Source of the DNA: an uncultured delta proteobacterium
GTDB taxonomy: Bacteria; Myxococcota; Myxococcia; Myxococcales; Anaeromyxobacteraceae
Direction of reading: 5' to 3'
DNA: 64,000 bases
Assembly (NCBI GenBank): GCA_963845515.1
Contig: CAWJSR010000020.1
Location: 32,001-96,000 of the forward strand
The translations under genes and the position numbers were made by a program. The notes beneath the pieces are model-generated. The model made no database searches. It saw only the letters and a program-made list of their open reading frames with translations, and was not told the origin of the DNA. Each line of letters opens with the position of its first letter. Position 1 is the first letter of the stretch. Below, in pieces: positions 41,081 through 51,090 of the stretch.

Positions 41081-42273
41081 AGGCGGAGGCATCGATCCAG
41101 CTGCGGAAGGATCTCGCGCGCCACCTGCGCGCAGGCCACCCGTGGGTATTCAGGAAGGCGATCGACCGCCCGGCGAAGCTGCCTGCGGGGACGATCGTCG
41201 ACGTCGAGGAGGACGGACGCTTCGTCGCGCGCGGCTACTTCGATCCGGCTTCGGTCATCGCGGTGCGCGTCCTCACGCGCGAGCCGGCAGAGGCGATCGA
41301 CGCCGCGTTCTGGCGGCGGCGGGTGGCCAGGGCGGTCCAGCTCCGCAGGGAGCTGGTGCACGACACGACCGGCTACCGGCTCCTCCACGGTGAGTCGGAC
41401 GGGCTGCCGGGCGTCGTGGCCGACCGGTACGACCGCACGGCGGTCCTGAAGCTCTACTCGGCGGGGCTCACCCCGTGGCGCGGCCAGATCGTCGAGGCCC
41501 TGCGCGACGAGTCCGAGGGGCTGGCCGGCGTGTACGGGCGGGACGAGATCCCGCGTGACGACGACGACGAGGGGGGCGCGCCCGCAGGCCGGGTCCTCTG
41601 GGGCGCCGAGCCGCCCGAGCGGATCGTCATCTACGAGCACGGGATGAAGCTCCTCATCGACGTCCGGCGGGGGCAGAAGACGGGGCTCTTCCTCGACCAG
41701 CGCGAGAACCGGCGGCTGGTCCGCGAGCTGGCCAGAGGCCGCGGCGACGCGCTCAACCTCTTCAGCTACACCGGCGGCTTCAGCGTGGCCGCGGCCCTCG
41801 GCGGGGCGAAGCACGTCGTCTCGGTGGACACCGACCGCGACGCCATCGCGCTCGCCCGCGACGTCTTCAGGGAGAACGGGCTCGACCCGGCCGACCACGC
41901 CTTCGCCACGGAGGATGCCTTCGAGATCCTGGCCAGCTACAAGAAGGCGGGGCGCCGCTTCGACCTCATCGTGTGTGATCCCCCGGCCTTCGCGAAGTCG
42001 CAGAAGGCGGTGGAGGGGGCGCTCTCCGGCTACGCCTCGCTGAACCGCGCTGCCCTCGCGGTGCTCGCACCGGGCGGGCTGCTCGTCACCGCGAGCTGCA
42101 GCGCGCGGGTGTCGCAGGACCAGTTCTTCGACGCAGTGAAGGAGGCGGCCTTCAAGGCGCGCGTGGATCTGCAGGTGGTCGCGGAGACCCGGCAGCCGCC
42201 GGACCACCCGATCTCGCCGCAGTTCCGCGAGGGGCGCTACCTGAAGTGCATCGTCCTCCGCCGGGTCTCCTGA
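41077..42273 (+). CDS. rlmI: RlmI-family (m5C1962) rRNA methyltransferase
   Basis: GHPWVF, HGESDGLPG, GQKTGLFLDQRENR, LFSYTGGFS, DPPAF, ASCS. Confidence 0.88.
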   Translation: MKAEASIQLRKDLARHLRAGHPWVFRKAIDRPAKLPAGTIVDVEEDGRFVARGYFDPASVIAVRVLTREPAEAIDAAFWRRRVARAVQLRRELVHDTTGYRLLHGESDGLPGVVADRYDRTAVLKLYSAGLTPWRGQIVEALRDESEGLAGVYGRDEIPRDDDDEGGAPAGRVLWGAEPPERIVIYEHGMKLLIDVRRGQKTGLFLDQRENRRLVRELARGRGDALNLFSYTGGFSVAAALGGAKHVVSVDTDRDAIALARDVFRENGLDPADHAFATEDAFEILASYKKAGRRFDLIVCDPPAFAKSQKAVEGALSGYASLNRAALAVLAPGGLLVTASCSARVSQDQFFDAVKEAAFKARVDLQVVAETRQPPDHPISPQFREGRYLKCIVLRRVS

Positions 42274-42294
42274 CGGGCAACCGGCGGCCGTCAC

Positions 42295-43215
42295 TCAGCG
42301 CGCGCCCAGCAGGATCGCCCCCAGGCTGAGCCAGCCTGCGACGAGGGCGACGACGAGCGGTCGCGGCAGGCGCCGAAGCCGGAAGCCGCCGGAGGGATCC
42401 CCCTCGTCCCGGAGCGTGACGCGCGTCGGGAGCGGCGTCGGAGGCGACGCGGCCTTGAAGATCGCGGCGATCACCGCGATCGCGACCGCCCCGGCGGCGA
42501 CGCCGACGAGGGCCATCCCGAGCGTCGGCTCCTCGCCCCCGGCGTCGTCCGGAGCGAAGAGCACGAGCGAAGCCGCGATCCCGTTGTTGGTCGCGTGCGC
42601 GATCACGGCTGGCCAGATGGAGCCGCTTCGCCACGAGAGCCAGCCGTAGAGCGCACCGAGCACGACGAGCGACGGCGCACGGATCGGGTCCAGGTGCAGC
42701 AGCGCGAACACCACGGCGCTCCCGCCGATCGCGAGGGCGGGCCGGCGGCGGGAGAGCCACGCCGAGACGAGGTAGCCCCGAAAGGCGATCTCCTCGCAGA
42801 CGGGGGCGATCAGGGCGGCGGCGACGGCGAACCCGGCCTGCTCGACCGCCGAGCCCTCGAAGAGCCGCGTGAGGTCGTAGCGTTGGACGAGCGCCTCGGG
42901 GGCCACGGCGCGAACCGCGGCGAAGAGCGCGCTGCCGAGGAACCACGCCGAGGTTCCGACGAGGAGCGCCAGCCCCGCGGCGGACGGCGAGGGGGCGCGC
43001 AGCCGGAGCCACGCACGGGGCTCCAGGTTGGCCCCGGCCGTCGCGACGACCGCAGGGACCAGGAACACGAAGAGCTCGGTCCAGAGCAGCCCGGGGAGCG
43101 GGCTCGCGACCTGCGCGAAGAGGCCGGCAGGGAGCAGGAGCGCGAGGACGAGGGCGAAGCGCGTCCCGCTCTTCCCCTCATCGGGCCGCGCCGGGCTGGT
43201 GGCGAAGGGCTCCAA
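42295..43215 (-). CDS. CPBP (CAAX/Abi) intramembrane metalloprotease
   Basis: EEIAFRG, FALLH, HATNN; TTG start inferred from TATCAT 7 nt upstream. Confidence 0.85.
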   Translation of the reverse strand: MEPFATSPARPDEGKSGTRFALVLALLLPAGLFAQVASPLPGLLWTELFVFLVPAVVATAGANLEPRAWLRLRAPSPSAAGLALLVGTSAWFLGSALFAAVRAVAPEALVQRYDLTRLFEGSAVEQAGFAVAAALIAPVCEEIAFRGYLVSAWLSRRRPALAIGGSAVVFALLHLDPIRAPSLVVLGALYGWLSWRSGSIWPAVIAHATNNGIAASLVLFAPDDAGGEEPTLGMALVGVAAGAVAIAVIAAIFKAASPPTPLPTRVTLRDEGDPSGGFRLRRLPRPLVVALVAGWLSLGAILLGAR

Positions 43216-43270
43216 GGACGCGATGATACCTCTGCCTCGTTTCGGCAAGACCCCTGTATCATCGTCGGCC

Positions 43271-44491
43271 ATGAACTTCGCAAACCGGACCGTCGTCCTC
43301 GGGGTGGGGGGCGGCATCGCCGCGTACAAGGCCGTCGAGGTGGCACGCGCCGTCGTGAAGGGGCGCGGGACGGTCCGCGTCGCCATGACCCCGGCCGCGA
43401 CCCGGTTCGTCGGCCCGCTCACCTTCCAGGCGGTCTCGGGCGCTCCAGTCCTCACCGACCTCTTCGACACCTCGGTCGAGCAGACCTACGGCCACCTCGG
43501 CCTCGCGCGGGCGGCCGACATCTTCGTGGTCGCCCCGGCCACAGCCGACCTCATCGCGCGGCTGCGCGCGGGCATGGCGGACGACGCGGTCACCACCACC
43601 GCCCTCGCGGTGACCTGTCCGGTCCTGGTCGCCCCCGCGATGAACACGCGCATGTGGAAGAACGCGGCGGTGCAGGAGAACCTCGCCGCCCTGCGGGCGC
43701 GCGGCTGGCAGGTGGTCGGGCCGGGCTCCGGCTCCCTCGCTGACGGCGACTTCGGCGAGGGGCGCATGGCGGAGCCGGAGGAGATCGCGCTCGCGGCCGC
43801 GCGCCTGCTCGGGAACGTCGACCTCTCCGGCCGAAGGGTCCTCGTCACCGCCGGGCCGACGCGCGAGCCGATCGATCCGGTCCGCTTCATCTCGAACCCG
43901 TCGTCCGGGAAGATGGGCTACGCGCTCGCGGCGGTCGCCGCGCGGCGGGGCGCCGAGGTCGTCCTGGTCTCGGGGCCGGTCGCCATCCCCGAGCCGGCCG
44001 GCGTCCGCGTGATCCACGTGGAGACGGCGGAGGAGATGGCGCGCGCGGTGGAGCAGGAGGCGGGGACGATGGACCTCTTCGTCGCCGCGGCCGCAGTCTC
44101 GGACTACCGCCCACGGGTGGTCGCCGCCCAGAAGATCAAGAAGGGTCCAGGGAGCGAGACGCTGGAGCTCTCCCGCACCCCCGACATCCTCGCCGGGCTC
44201 GGCGACCGCTACGGTGGCAAGGCGGGCGGCCCCGTCCTCGTCGGCTTCGCGGCGGAGACGGAGGACGTGATCGCCAACGCACGGGAGAAGCTCAAGGCGA
44301 AGCGCTGTGATCTCGTCGTGGCGAACAAGGTGGGCGCCCCCGGGTCCGGGTTCGGCGGCGACACCAACCGCGTGGCGCTCGTGTCGCAGACCGAGCTGGC
44401 CGAGATCGAGGGGCCGAAGGAGCAGGTGGCCGAGGCGATCCTCGACTGGATCCTGCCGGTCCTGGATCACCGCCGGCCACGGCCGGAGTGA
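43271..44491 (+). CDS. coaBC: Phosphopantothenoylcysteine decarboxylase/ligase
   Basis: GGIAAYK, PAMNTRMW, TAGPTREPIDPVRFISNPSSGKMG, GFAAET. Confidence 0.95.
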   Translation: MNFANRTVVLGVGGGIAAYKAVEVARAVVKGRGTVRVAMTPAATRFVGPLTFQAVSGAPVLTDLFDTSVEQTYGHLGLARAADIFVVAPATADLIARLRAGMADDAVTTTALAVTCPVLVAPAMNTRMWKNAAVQENLAALRARGWQVVGPGSGSLADGDFGEGRMAEPEEIALAAARLLGNVDLSGRRVLVTAGPTREPIDPVRFISNPSSGKMGYALAAVAARRGAEVVLVSGPVAIPEPAGVRVIHVETAEEMARAVEQEAGTMDLFVAAAAVSDYRPRVVAAQKIKKGPGSETLELSRTPDILAGLGDRYGGKAGGPVLVGFAAETEDVIANAREKLKAKRCDLVVANKVGAPGSGFGGDTNRVALVSQTELAEIEGPKEQVAEAILDWILPVLDHRRPRPE

Positions 44492-44498
44492 CGGGCGC

Positions 44499-44535
44499 CC
44501 CCTCACCCTGCCCTCTCCCCGGTGGGGGAGAGGGG
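44499..44535. repeat. REP-like palindrome CCCCTCACCCTGCCCTCTCCCC...GGGGAGAGGG
   Basis: Hairpin between convergent genes; a second copy lies at 61004-61046. Confidence 0.7.
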
Positions 44536-44547
44536 ACCCTCGGAGGC

Positions 44548-45492
44548 TCACGCCGCCAGGACGGCGACGCTGGGCGGCAGCACCAGCTTCCCGTGGATCG
44601 CCCGGCGGAAGCTCTCGCGGGTCATCTGCGCGATCTCGGCCGCCTCCCTCCGCGTGAGCTGCTTGCGGCGGACCCGCTCGCCCAGCTGCTTCCGGATGAG
44701 CTTCGCCATGCGCAGGTTCCGCTCGCCGGTGGCGTCGGCGCGGGCCGCGCGGCAGTCCTCTCCGTCGGCGAGGAGCCCCAGCACCGCGCCCGTCGAGAGG
44801 ATGTTGGCCTCCGCCACCAGGTCGGGCTCGAGGATGAGCCGCCGCTCGCGCGCGAGCGCCATCCGCGACACGTGCTGGAAGCGCCTGATCCGGGCGCTCG
44901 CGAGGAGTGAGCCGAAGAGCTGCCTCGAGACGGGGAAGGGGAGGAGCGACGCCGAGGTGAGCGCCCGGTGGAGCAGGTCGTCGTGCTCCCTCATCGCCCG
45001 CGTCGAGACGCGGCGGGCGAGCCGCCACATCTCGGGATCGATCTGCTGATCGTAGCGCAGCTCCCAGTAGCCATGCCCGGTGCCGATCCGGCCGAAGCTG
45101 GTCACCGTCTTGTACGGGACGTAGTAGTTGTGCGCGACGGTGTCGGCGGCGAGGTGCGCGAGGAAGCCGAGGGCGAAGGCCTTCTCGCCGCCCGCCTTGG
45201 CCTGCTTGAAGACGCCGAACCCGACCTGCCAGTTGTGGCAGTGGTGCAGGAAGCGGGCGAGGTTCTTCCCGACGACGATGTCGGCGGCGAGCGAGCCGTA
45301 CAGGAAGTCGTTGCCGAAGCCCTGCAGCAGCCCCTGGACGTCGAGCCCGAGGACGGAGACGTTTCCGAGCGCCTGCGCCGAGAAGCTGAGGTGCGCGAGC
45401 GGCCCCCAGGCCTGAGCGTCGGCCGGTGCCAGCAGCGCCGCCAGGGCCGCGGCACCGAGCAGGATCCGGAAGAGGGTGCGCCGACGGTCCAT
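44548..45492 (-). CDS. Zinc-dependent phospholipase C / S1-P1-like family protein
   Basis: Signal peptide then WGPLAH; GSLAAD; HLAADTVAHN; H..WE. Confidence 0.8.
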   Translation of the reverse strand: MDRRRTLFRILLGAAALAALLAPADAQAWGPLAHLSFSAQALGNVSVLGLDVQGLLQGFGNDFLYGSLAADIVVGKNLARFLHHCHNWQVGFGVFKQAKAGGEKAFALGFLAHLAADTVAHNYYVPYKTVTSFGRIGTGHGYWELRYDQQIDPEMWRLARRVSTRAMREHDDLLHRALTSASLLPFPVSRQLFGSLLASARIRRFQHVSRMALARERRLILEPDLVAEANILSTGAVLGLLADGEDCRAARADATGERNLRMAKLIRKQLGERVRRKQLTRREAAEIAQMTRESFRRAIHGKLVLPPSVAVLAA

Positions 45493-45548
45493 TTCGATCA
45501 ATTGTAATGACGGGCCTGAGCGCGCCGCAATGATACGGCGCGAGAACG

Positions 45549-46373
45549 ATGGAGCTTGCGTTGAGCGGAGAGCGAGAAGCGGAGCTGGGGGAGCTGGTCG
45601 AGGAGACTCGGCGCCACCTCCTGTGGCTGAGGGACGCCGGCTTCCGCGATCTGCCTGCGCCGGGCGCAGCGAGGAGCGTGACGGCGCGCCGGGGTGTCCC
45701 CGCGAGCGCACCCGCAGCGGCGCCCGCTCCTGCCGGCGAGGCCCCGGCGCGCGGTCCCGCGCCGGCGGGAGAAGCGCTCCCTTACGGGCTCGGCGACAAG
45801 GGCTGTGGCAGCGGCGCGCTCCTCTCCATCAGGCGGGACCTGGGCGAGTGCACGCGCTGCAAGCTCTCGGCTGGGCGGACGCACCTCGTGTTCGGCGTCG
45901 GGAATCCCGAGGCGGAGCTGATGTTCGTCGGAGAGGGGCCGGGCGCGGACGAGGATCTGCAGGGGGAACCCTTCGTGGGCAGGGCCGGGCAGCTGCTCAC
46001 GAAGATGATCGAGGCGATGGGATTCCGCCGCGAGGACGTCTACATCGCGAACGTGGTCAAGTGCCGGCCGCCCGACAACCGGAATCCGGAGCCCGACGAG
46101 ATCGGCGCGTGCGAGCCGTTCCTGCGTGCCCAGATCGCGGCCATCCACCCCAGGGTGATCGTCGCGCTCGGGAAGTTCGCGGCGCAGACGCTGCTGCGCG
46201 ACCCGACCCCCATCACGCGGCTGCGCGGCGGGTGGCGCGAGTACGAGGGCGTCCGGCTGATGCCGACCTTCCACCCCGCCTACCTCCTGCGCAGCCCCGC
46301 GGAGAAGGGGAAGGCCTGGGAGGACCTGAAGCTGGTGCTGAGCGAGCTGGGCAGGGCCCTGCCGGCGAGGTGA
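45549..46373 (+). CDS. Family 4 uracil-DNA glycosylase (4Fe-4S)
   Basis: [26 protein letters not shown]. Confidence 0.92.
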   Translation: MELALSGEREAELGELVEETRRHLLWLRDAGFRDLPAPGAARSVTARRGVPASAPAAAPAPAGEAPARGPAPAGEALPYGLGDKGCGSGALLSIRRDLGECTRCKLSAGRTHLVFGVGNPEAELMFVGEGPGADEDLQGEPFVGRAGQLLTKMIEAMGFRREDVYIANVVKCRPPDNRNPEPDEIGACEPFLRAQIAAIHPRVIVALGKFAAQTLLRDPTPITRLRGGWREYEGVRLMPTFHPAYLLRSPAEKGKAWEDLKLVLSELGRALPAR

Positions 46374-46379
46374 ACCGTG

Positions 46380-47762
46380 ATGGGTCGAGCGCACAGCTGG
46401 AGTCGAGCCGCCCGGGTCGCCGCGCTCCTCTGCTTCGCGCTCGGGGGCGTGCTGGCCCTGGCAGCCCCCGCGGGTGAGGCGGCGCCGGCCCCCTCCAGCG
46501 CGCCGCGCGTCCTGGCGATCGAGGTCAAGGGGGCGATCACCACGGGGACGGCGGAGTACGTCGCCGGCGCCTTCGCGCGCGCGAAGGCGGAGCGGTTCGA
46601 CGCGGTGACGATCACGCTCGACACGCCGGGCGGCGCCCTCGACGCGGCGCGGGACATCGCGCGGGTCCTGCTGGGGAGCGAGGTGCCGGTGGTCGTCTGG
46701 GTCGGCCCGGCCGGCGCCCACGCGGGCTCCGCGGGGCTCTTCCTGACGCTCGCGGCGCACGTCGCGGCGATGGACCCCGCGACCAACATCGGCGCGGCCC
46801 ACCCGGTGACGATCGGCGGCGGCGACATCGAGAAGGAGGCCGGGAAGGACCTCGCGAAGAAGGCGGAGAACGACACCGCCGCCTTCGCGCGGACGCTGGC
46901 CCGCACCTACGGGCGGAACGCCGAGTGGGCGGAGAAGGCGGTGCGCGACAGCGTCTCGGCCACGGCCGACGAGGCGGTCCGGCTGAAGGCGATCGACTTC
47001 ACCGCGCCGTCGCTGCGGGCGGCGCTCGATCAGGCGGACGGTCGGCAGGTCCTGGTGGCGCGCGAGTGGCGGAGGCTCCACACGAAGGACGCGCAGGTCA
47101 CGCGCCAGGAGGCCACGATCCGTCAGCGGCTGCTCTCGTTCCTCGCCGACCCGAACGTCGCGGCGATCCTGATGCTCATCGGGACGCTCGGGATCGCGAT
47201 CGAGTTCTACCACCCTGGGCTCATCGTGCCGGGCGTCACGGGGGCGGTCGCGCTCCTCCTCGTCTTCCTGGCGATGAAGGTCATCCCGGTCAACGTCGGG
47301 GCCGTGATCCTCGTCCTCGTCGGCACGGTGCTCCTCGTCGCGGAGGCCTACGTGACGACGCACGGGCTGGCGGGGCTGGGAGGGGCGGTCTGCGTCGTGC
47401 TCGGGATGCTCTTCTTCGTGGACCGCTCGTCCCTCGACTACCGGTTCGTCCCGGGCGCCCTCGCGCTCTCCCCGTGGATCGTCTGGCCCGTCCCGATCGC
47501 GCTCGCGGCGCTGCTCGGCTTCGTCGGCTGGCGGGTGGCCGCCGTCCGGCGGCGCCCGCTCCTGCTCGGCGCGGCCGGGCTCGTCGGCGAGCGCGGGCAG
47601 GCGCTGAGCGCGCTGGGGCCCGACGCCGGGGAGGTCTTCGTCCACGGCGAGTACTGGCAGGCCCGCAGCGACGTCCCCATCGCCCCCGGCGCGGGCGTGC
47701 GCGTCACGGCCCTGAAGGGACTCGTCCTCACCGTTGAGCCCGACCCACCTGCGGAAGGATAG
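46380..47762 (+). CDS. nfeD: NfeD membrane-bound ClpP-class serine protease
   Basis: [21 protein letters not shown] region; C-terminal OB fold [10 protein letters not shown]. Confidence 0.9.
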   Translation: MGRAHSWSRAARVAALLCFALGGVLALAAPAGEAAPAPSSAPRVLAIEVKGAITTGTAEYVAGAFARAKAERFDAVTITLDTPGGALDAARDIARVLLGSEVPVVVWVGPAGAHAGSAGLFLTLAAHVAAMDPATNIGAAHPVTIGGGDIEKEAGKDLAKKAENDTAAFARTLARTYGRNAEWAEKAVRDSVSATADEAVRLKAIDFTAPSLRAALDQADGRQVLVAREWRRLHTKDAQVTRQEATIRQRLLSFLADPNVAAILMLIGTLGIAIEFYHPGLIVPGVTGAVALLLVFLAMKVIPVNVGAVILVLVGTVLLVAEAYVTTHGLAGLGGAVCVVLGMLFFVDRSSLDYRFVPGALALSPWIVWPVPIALAALLGFVGWRVAAVRRRPLLLGAAGLVGERGQALSALGPDAGEVFVHGEYWQARSDVPIAPGAGVRVTALKGLVLTVEPDPPAEG

Positions 47763-47769
47763 TGCCCCC

Positions 47770-48525
47770 ATGCCTCCGTTCGGCCTCCTCATAGCGGCAG
47801 CGCTCGTCGTCCTCTTCTTCCTCTCCGGCTTCCGGATCATCAACGAGTACGAGCAGGGGGTGGTGCTCCGGCTGGGGCGGTTCGCGGGCGTCCGGAACGC
47901 CGGCCTCAAGTGGATCATCCCGATCGTCGACAAGATGGTCATCATCGACATGCGCGTCACCGCCGAGCAGGTGCCGCCCCAGGACGTGATCACGCGCGAC
48001 AACGTCTCGGTGAAGGTGAACGCGGTGATCTACTTCCGCGTCCTGCAGGCCGACCGCGCCTTCCTCCAGGTGACGGACTTCCTCTTCGCGACGAGCCAGA
48101 TGGCGCAGACGACGCTCCGCTCGGTCCTGGGCCAGGTGGAGATGGACGATCTGCTCGCGCAGCGCGACAAGATCAACCGGCAGCTCCAGGAGATCATCGA
48201 CAAGCACACCGAGCCGTGGGGGGTGAAGGTCACGGCGGTCGAGGTGAAGCAGGTGGACCTGCCGGACGAGATGCGGCGCGCGATGGCGAAGCAGGCCGAG
48301 GCGGAGCGCGAGCGGCGCGCCAAGATCATCGCGGCCGAGGGCGAGCTGCAGGCGTCGGAGAAGCTGGGGCAGGCGGCAGACGTGATCGGTCGGTCGCCGG
48401 GAGCGCTCCAGCTCAGGTACCTCCAGTCGCTCGTGGAGATCTCGGCCGAGAAGAACTCCACCATCCTCTTCCCGCTGCCGATCGAGCTCGTGAAGCCATT
48501 CATGGACATGGGGAAGCCGAGGTAG
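47770..48525 (+). CDS. SPFH/stomatin (slipin) protein
   Basis: [39 protein letters not shown]. Confidence 0.93.
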   Translation: MPPFGLLIAAALVVLFFLSGFRIINEYEQGVVLRLGRFAGVRNAGLKWIIPIVDKMVIIDMRVTAEQVPPQDVITRDNVSVKVNAVIYFRVLQADRAFLQVTDFLFATSQMAQTTLRSVLGQVEMDDLLAQRDKINRQLQEIIDKHTEPWGVKVTAVEVKQVDLPDEMRRAMAKQAEAERERRAKIIAAEGELQASEKLGQAADVIGRSPGALQLRYLQSLVEISAEKNSTILFPLPIELVKPFMDMGKPR

Positions 48526-48550
48526 GCGGACGGCCAGCGCAGGGATCCAC

Positions 48551-49321
48551 TTGCCGTCCGTCGTCACGCTCCTCTCCGACTTCGGCGCCGACTCCGGCTA
48601 CCCCGCGCAGATGAAGGGGGTGGTGCTGCGCGCGGTCCCGGACGCACGGCTCGTGGACCTCTCACACGCCATCCCGGCGTTCGACGTGCTGGCGGGGGCG
48701 CTGATGCTCGAGGCGTGCGCCCGCGCGTTCCCCGCCGACGCGGTTCACCTGGCGGTCGTCGACCCGGGCGTGGGGAGCCCCCGGCGGGCGATCTGCGTGG
48801 TCGACGGAGAGGGACGCCGGTTCGTGGGGCCGGACAACGGGATCTTCACGCCATTCCTCGACGGCGCGGCGGTCCGCCTCCTCTCCGCGCCCGGGATCGT
48901 GCCGGTCCCGGGGAGCGCGACCTTCCACGGGCGCGACCTCTTCGCGCCGGTGGCCGCGTGGCTCGCCGCGGGCGGCGATCCCGCGCGGCTCGGGCCGGAG
49001 GTGAGCGACCCGGTCCGCCTCGACTGGCCGCGCGCCGCGCGACAGGGGGAAGAGCTCCACGGGCGGACGCTCGCCGCGGACACCTTCGGCAACCTCGTGA
49101 CGTCGATCCTGGAGGGGGACCTCGTCGGCCCCGTCACCGCCGCGTGGGTGGGGGATCGCCAGGCGCGCTGGGTCAGGACGTTCGCCGAGGGGGAGAAGGG
49201 GCAGCTCGTCGCGATGGTCGGCAGCGGTGGTCGCGTGGAGGTCGCGGTTCGTGAGGGGAGCGCGTCCCAGCTGCTCGGCGCGGTGCGTGGGCTGCCCGTG
49301 CGGCTGCGCGATCGGCGGTGA
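48551..49321 (+). CDS. SAM hydroxide adenosyltransferase (DUF62; chlorinase/fluorinase family)
   Basis: LLSDFG, VVDPGVG, GPDNG, TFHGRD, DTFGN; TTG start. Confidence 0.9.
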   Translation: MPSVVTLLSDFGADSGYPAQMKGVVLRAVPDARLVDLSHAIPAFDVLAGALMLEACARAFPADAVHLAVVDPGVGSPRRAICVVDGEGRRFVGPDNGIFTPFLDGAAVRLLSAPGIVPVPGSATFHGRDLFAPVAAWLAAGGDPARLGPEVSDPVRLDWPRAARQGEELHGRTLAADTFGNLVTSILEGDLVGPVTAAWVGDRQARWVRTFAEGEKGQLVAMVGSGGRVEVAVREGSASQLLGAVRGLPVRLRDRR

Positions 49322-49398
49322 TCGGCAGCCGATCGGGCGCCACCGCGACCGGCCGTCCTTTCCCCTTCCAGCGCCCCCTGATAGAGTCACCACCTGAA

Positions 49399-49755
49399 AT
49401 GGCGGACACCGACAACAAGCGAATCGCTGCGCGGCTGCACCACGAGCTGCCGGTCGCCTATCGCTCGGTCGGCAGCTTCCTCAGCGACTGGGCGACGAAC
49501 ATCAGCCAGGGCGGCCTCTTCATCAACACGCGCAAGCCACTGGCGGTCGGGACCGAGGTGAAGATCCTGATCCAGCTGCCGGGCGCGGCGTTCCCCTACG
49601 AGCTGCACGGCAACGTCGCCCGCGTCACCGAGTTCGACAACGCGGCCAACATGGTCCCCGGCATGGGGATCCAGTTCGTCGGACTCGACGACAAGAAGAA
49701 GAGCGAGATCGACGAGTTCGTGACGCGGCTCCGGAGGGAATTCGGTGAGGGCTGA
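49399..49755 (+). CDS. Stand-alone PilZ (TIGR02266) protein
   Basis: RIAAR, NISQGGLFI, GMGIQF. Confidence 0.88.
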   Translation: MADTDNKRIAARLHHELPVAYRSVGSFLSDWATNISQGGLFINTRKPLAVGTEVKILIQLPGAAFPYELHGNVARVTEFDNAANMVPGMGIQFVGLDDKKKSEIDEFVTRLRREFGEG

Positions 49756-49774
49756 CCCCTCCTCCGCCGTCGCC

Positions 49775-51079
49775 GTGCCCACCACTCTGGAGATCGACGA
49801 CCTCGCCCCGGGCGGCGAGGGGGTTGGGCGTCTTGGCTCCCGGCCGGTCTTCGTCCCGTTCACCGCGCCAGGGGATCAGGTCGAGCTGGAGGTCGCGGAG
49901 GGCGACGGGGCGGCCCACGCAGCCCCGCTCCGGATCCTGCGCGCCGGTCCGGATCGCGTCCAGCCGCCTTGCCGCCACTTCGGACCGGGTGAGGGCGACC
50001 GGGAGTGCGGTGGCTGCGAGTGGCTCCACCTCGCGTACCAGCGCCAGCTCGCCGCGAAGGAGCGGGCCTTCGCGGAGACGCTGCGACGGATCGGCAGGCT
50101 CGACGCGGCGGCCATCGGGCTCATGCCGATCGTGCCGTCGCCGCGGCCGCTCCGATACAGGTGCCGCGCCAAGTTCCACTTCGACCGCGCGAGCGCGAGG
50201 CTCGTCTTCTTCCGGCGCCGCTCGCACCTGCCGGTCAGGCTCGAGGAGTGCCACCTGCTGGTGGCCGGGCTCGACGCCCTCCGCGCGGCCGTCGGTCCTG
50301 CCATCGCCGCCGCGCGGCTGTCACCCCGCGAGGTGGCGCTCGAGTGGTCGGAGCTCGAGGGACGGGGGGCGGCGCTCCTCGTGCTGCCGGAGGTGACCGC
50401 CGCGGTCCGGGAGCGGGCCGAGGCGCTGCTCGCCGCCCTCCCTGCGCTCGCTGGGCTGGTGCTCCAGGCGGAGGGCGCTCAGGCCGTGACGGTCGGCGAC
50501 CCCGTCCTGGCGCACGAGCGGTTTCCCGGCGCCCCGGAGCGCGGCCTCCAGCGCTCGCGCCCGGACGTCTTCCAGCAGGCGAACCGTTTCTCGAACGCCC
50601 TCCTCGTCGACGCGGCGCTCGCGCTCCTCCAGCACGACGGCGAGGAGGTCCTGGAGCTCTTCTGCGGCGCGGGCAACTTCACCGGCCCTCTCCTGGAGCG
50701 AGCCGCCCACGTCTCGGCGGTGGAGGTCCAGGGGCCCGCGCTCGAGCTCGCCAGGCGTGACCTGGCCGGAGAGCGGGGGCGCTTCTTCGCGGGAAAGGCG
50801 CTCGACCTCGCGCGCGCGTTCGCCCGCGAGCGCGGCGAGACGGCCAGGCGGTTCACGCGGGTCCTGCTCGATCCGCCGCGGGACGGCGCGAGAGGGATCG
50901 GCCCGGTGCTGCGCGACCTCGCCGTGGAGCGGGCCGTGTACGTCTCGTGCGACCCGGCCACCTTCGCCCGGGACCTGAAGGAGTGCGCCGGGGTGGGGCT
51001 GCGCGTCGCTGCAGTCCAGCCGTTCGACCTCTTCCCGCAGACCCACCACGTCGAAGGGCTGGCCCTCCTGGTGCGGTGA
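49775..51079 (+). CDS. rlmD: 23S rRNA m5U methyltransferase RlmD/TrmA family (TRAM domain, Fe-S)
   Basis: C..CGGC, FQQAN, LFCGAGNF, DPPR, YVSCDPATFARD, FPQTHHVE. Confidence 0.9.
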   Translation: MPTTLEIDDLAPGGEGVGRLGSRPVFVPFTAPGDQVELEVAEGDGAAHAAPLRILRAGPDRVQPPCRHFGPGEGDRECGGCEWLHLAYQRQLAAKERAFAETLRRIGRLDAAAIGLMPIVPSPRPLRYRCRAKFHFDRASARLVFFRRRSHLPVRLEECHLLVAGLDALRAAVGPAIAAARLSPREVALEWSELEGRGAALLVLPEVTAAVRERAEALLAALPALAGLVLQAEGAQAVTVGDPVLAHERFPGAPERGLQRSRPDVFQQANRFSNALLVDAALALLQHDGEEVLELFCGAGNFTGPLLERAAHVSAVEVQGPALELARRDLAGERGRFFAGKALDLARAFARERGETARRFTRVLLDPPRDGARGIGPVLRDLAVERAVYVSCDPATFARDLKECAGVGLRVAAVQPFDLFPQTHHVEGLALLVR

Positions 51080-51090
51080 GCGCCGCGCCG

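Noticed and set aside
42295..43215. Abi-annotated CAAX protease as a phage-defence gene
   Set aside because: CPBP proteases are ubiquitous, and there is no defence-island context.
46380..48525. NfeD-stomatin pair as a novel system
   Set aside because: A well-known conserved operon.
48551..49321. Halogenase (fluorinase/chlorinase) biosynthetic cluster
   Set aside because: Housekeeping context with no biosynthetic genes; the TFHGRD motif fits the widespread SAM hydrolase DUF62.
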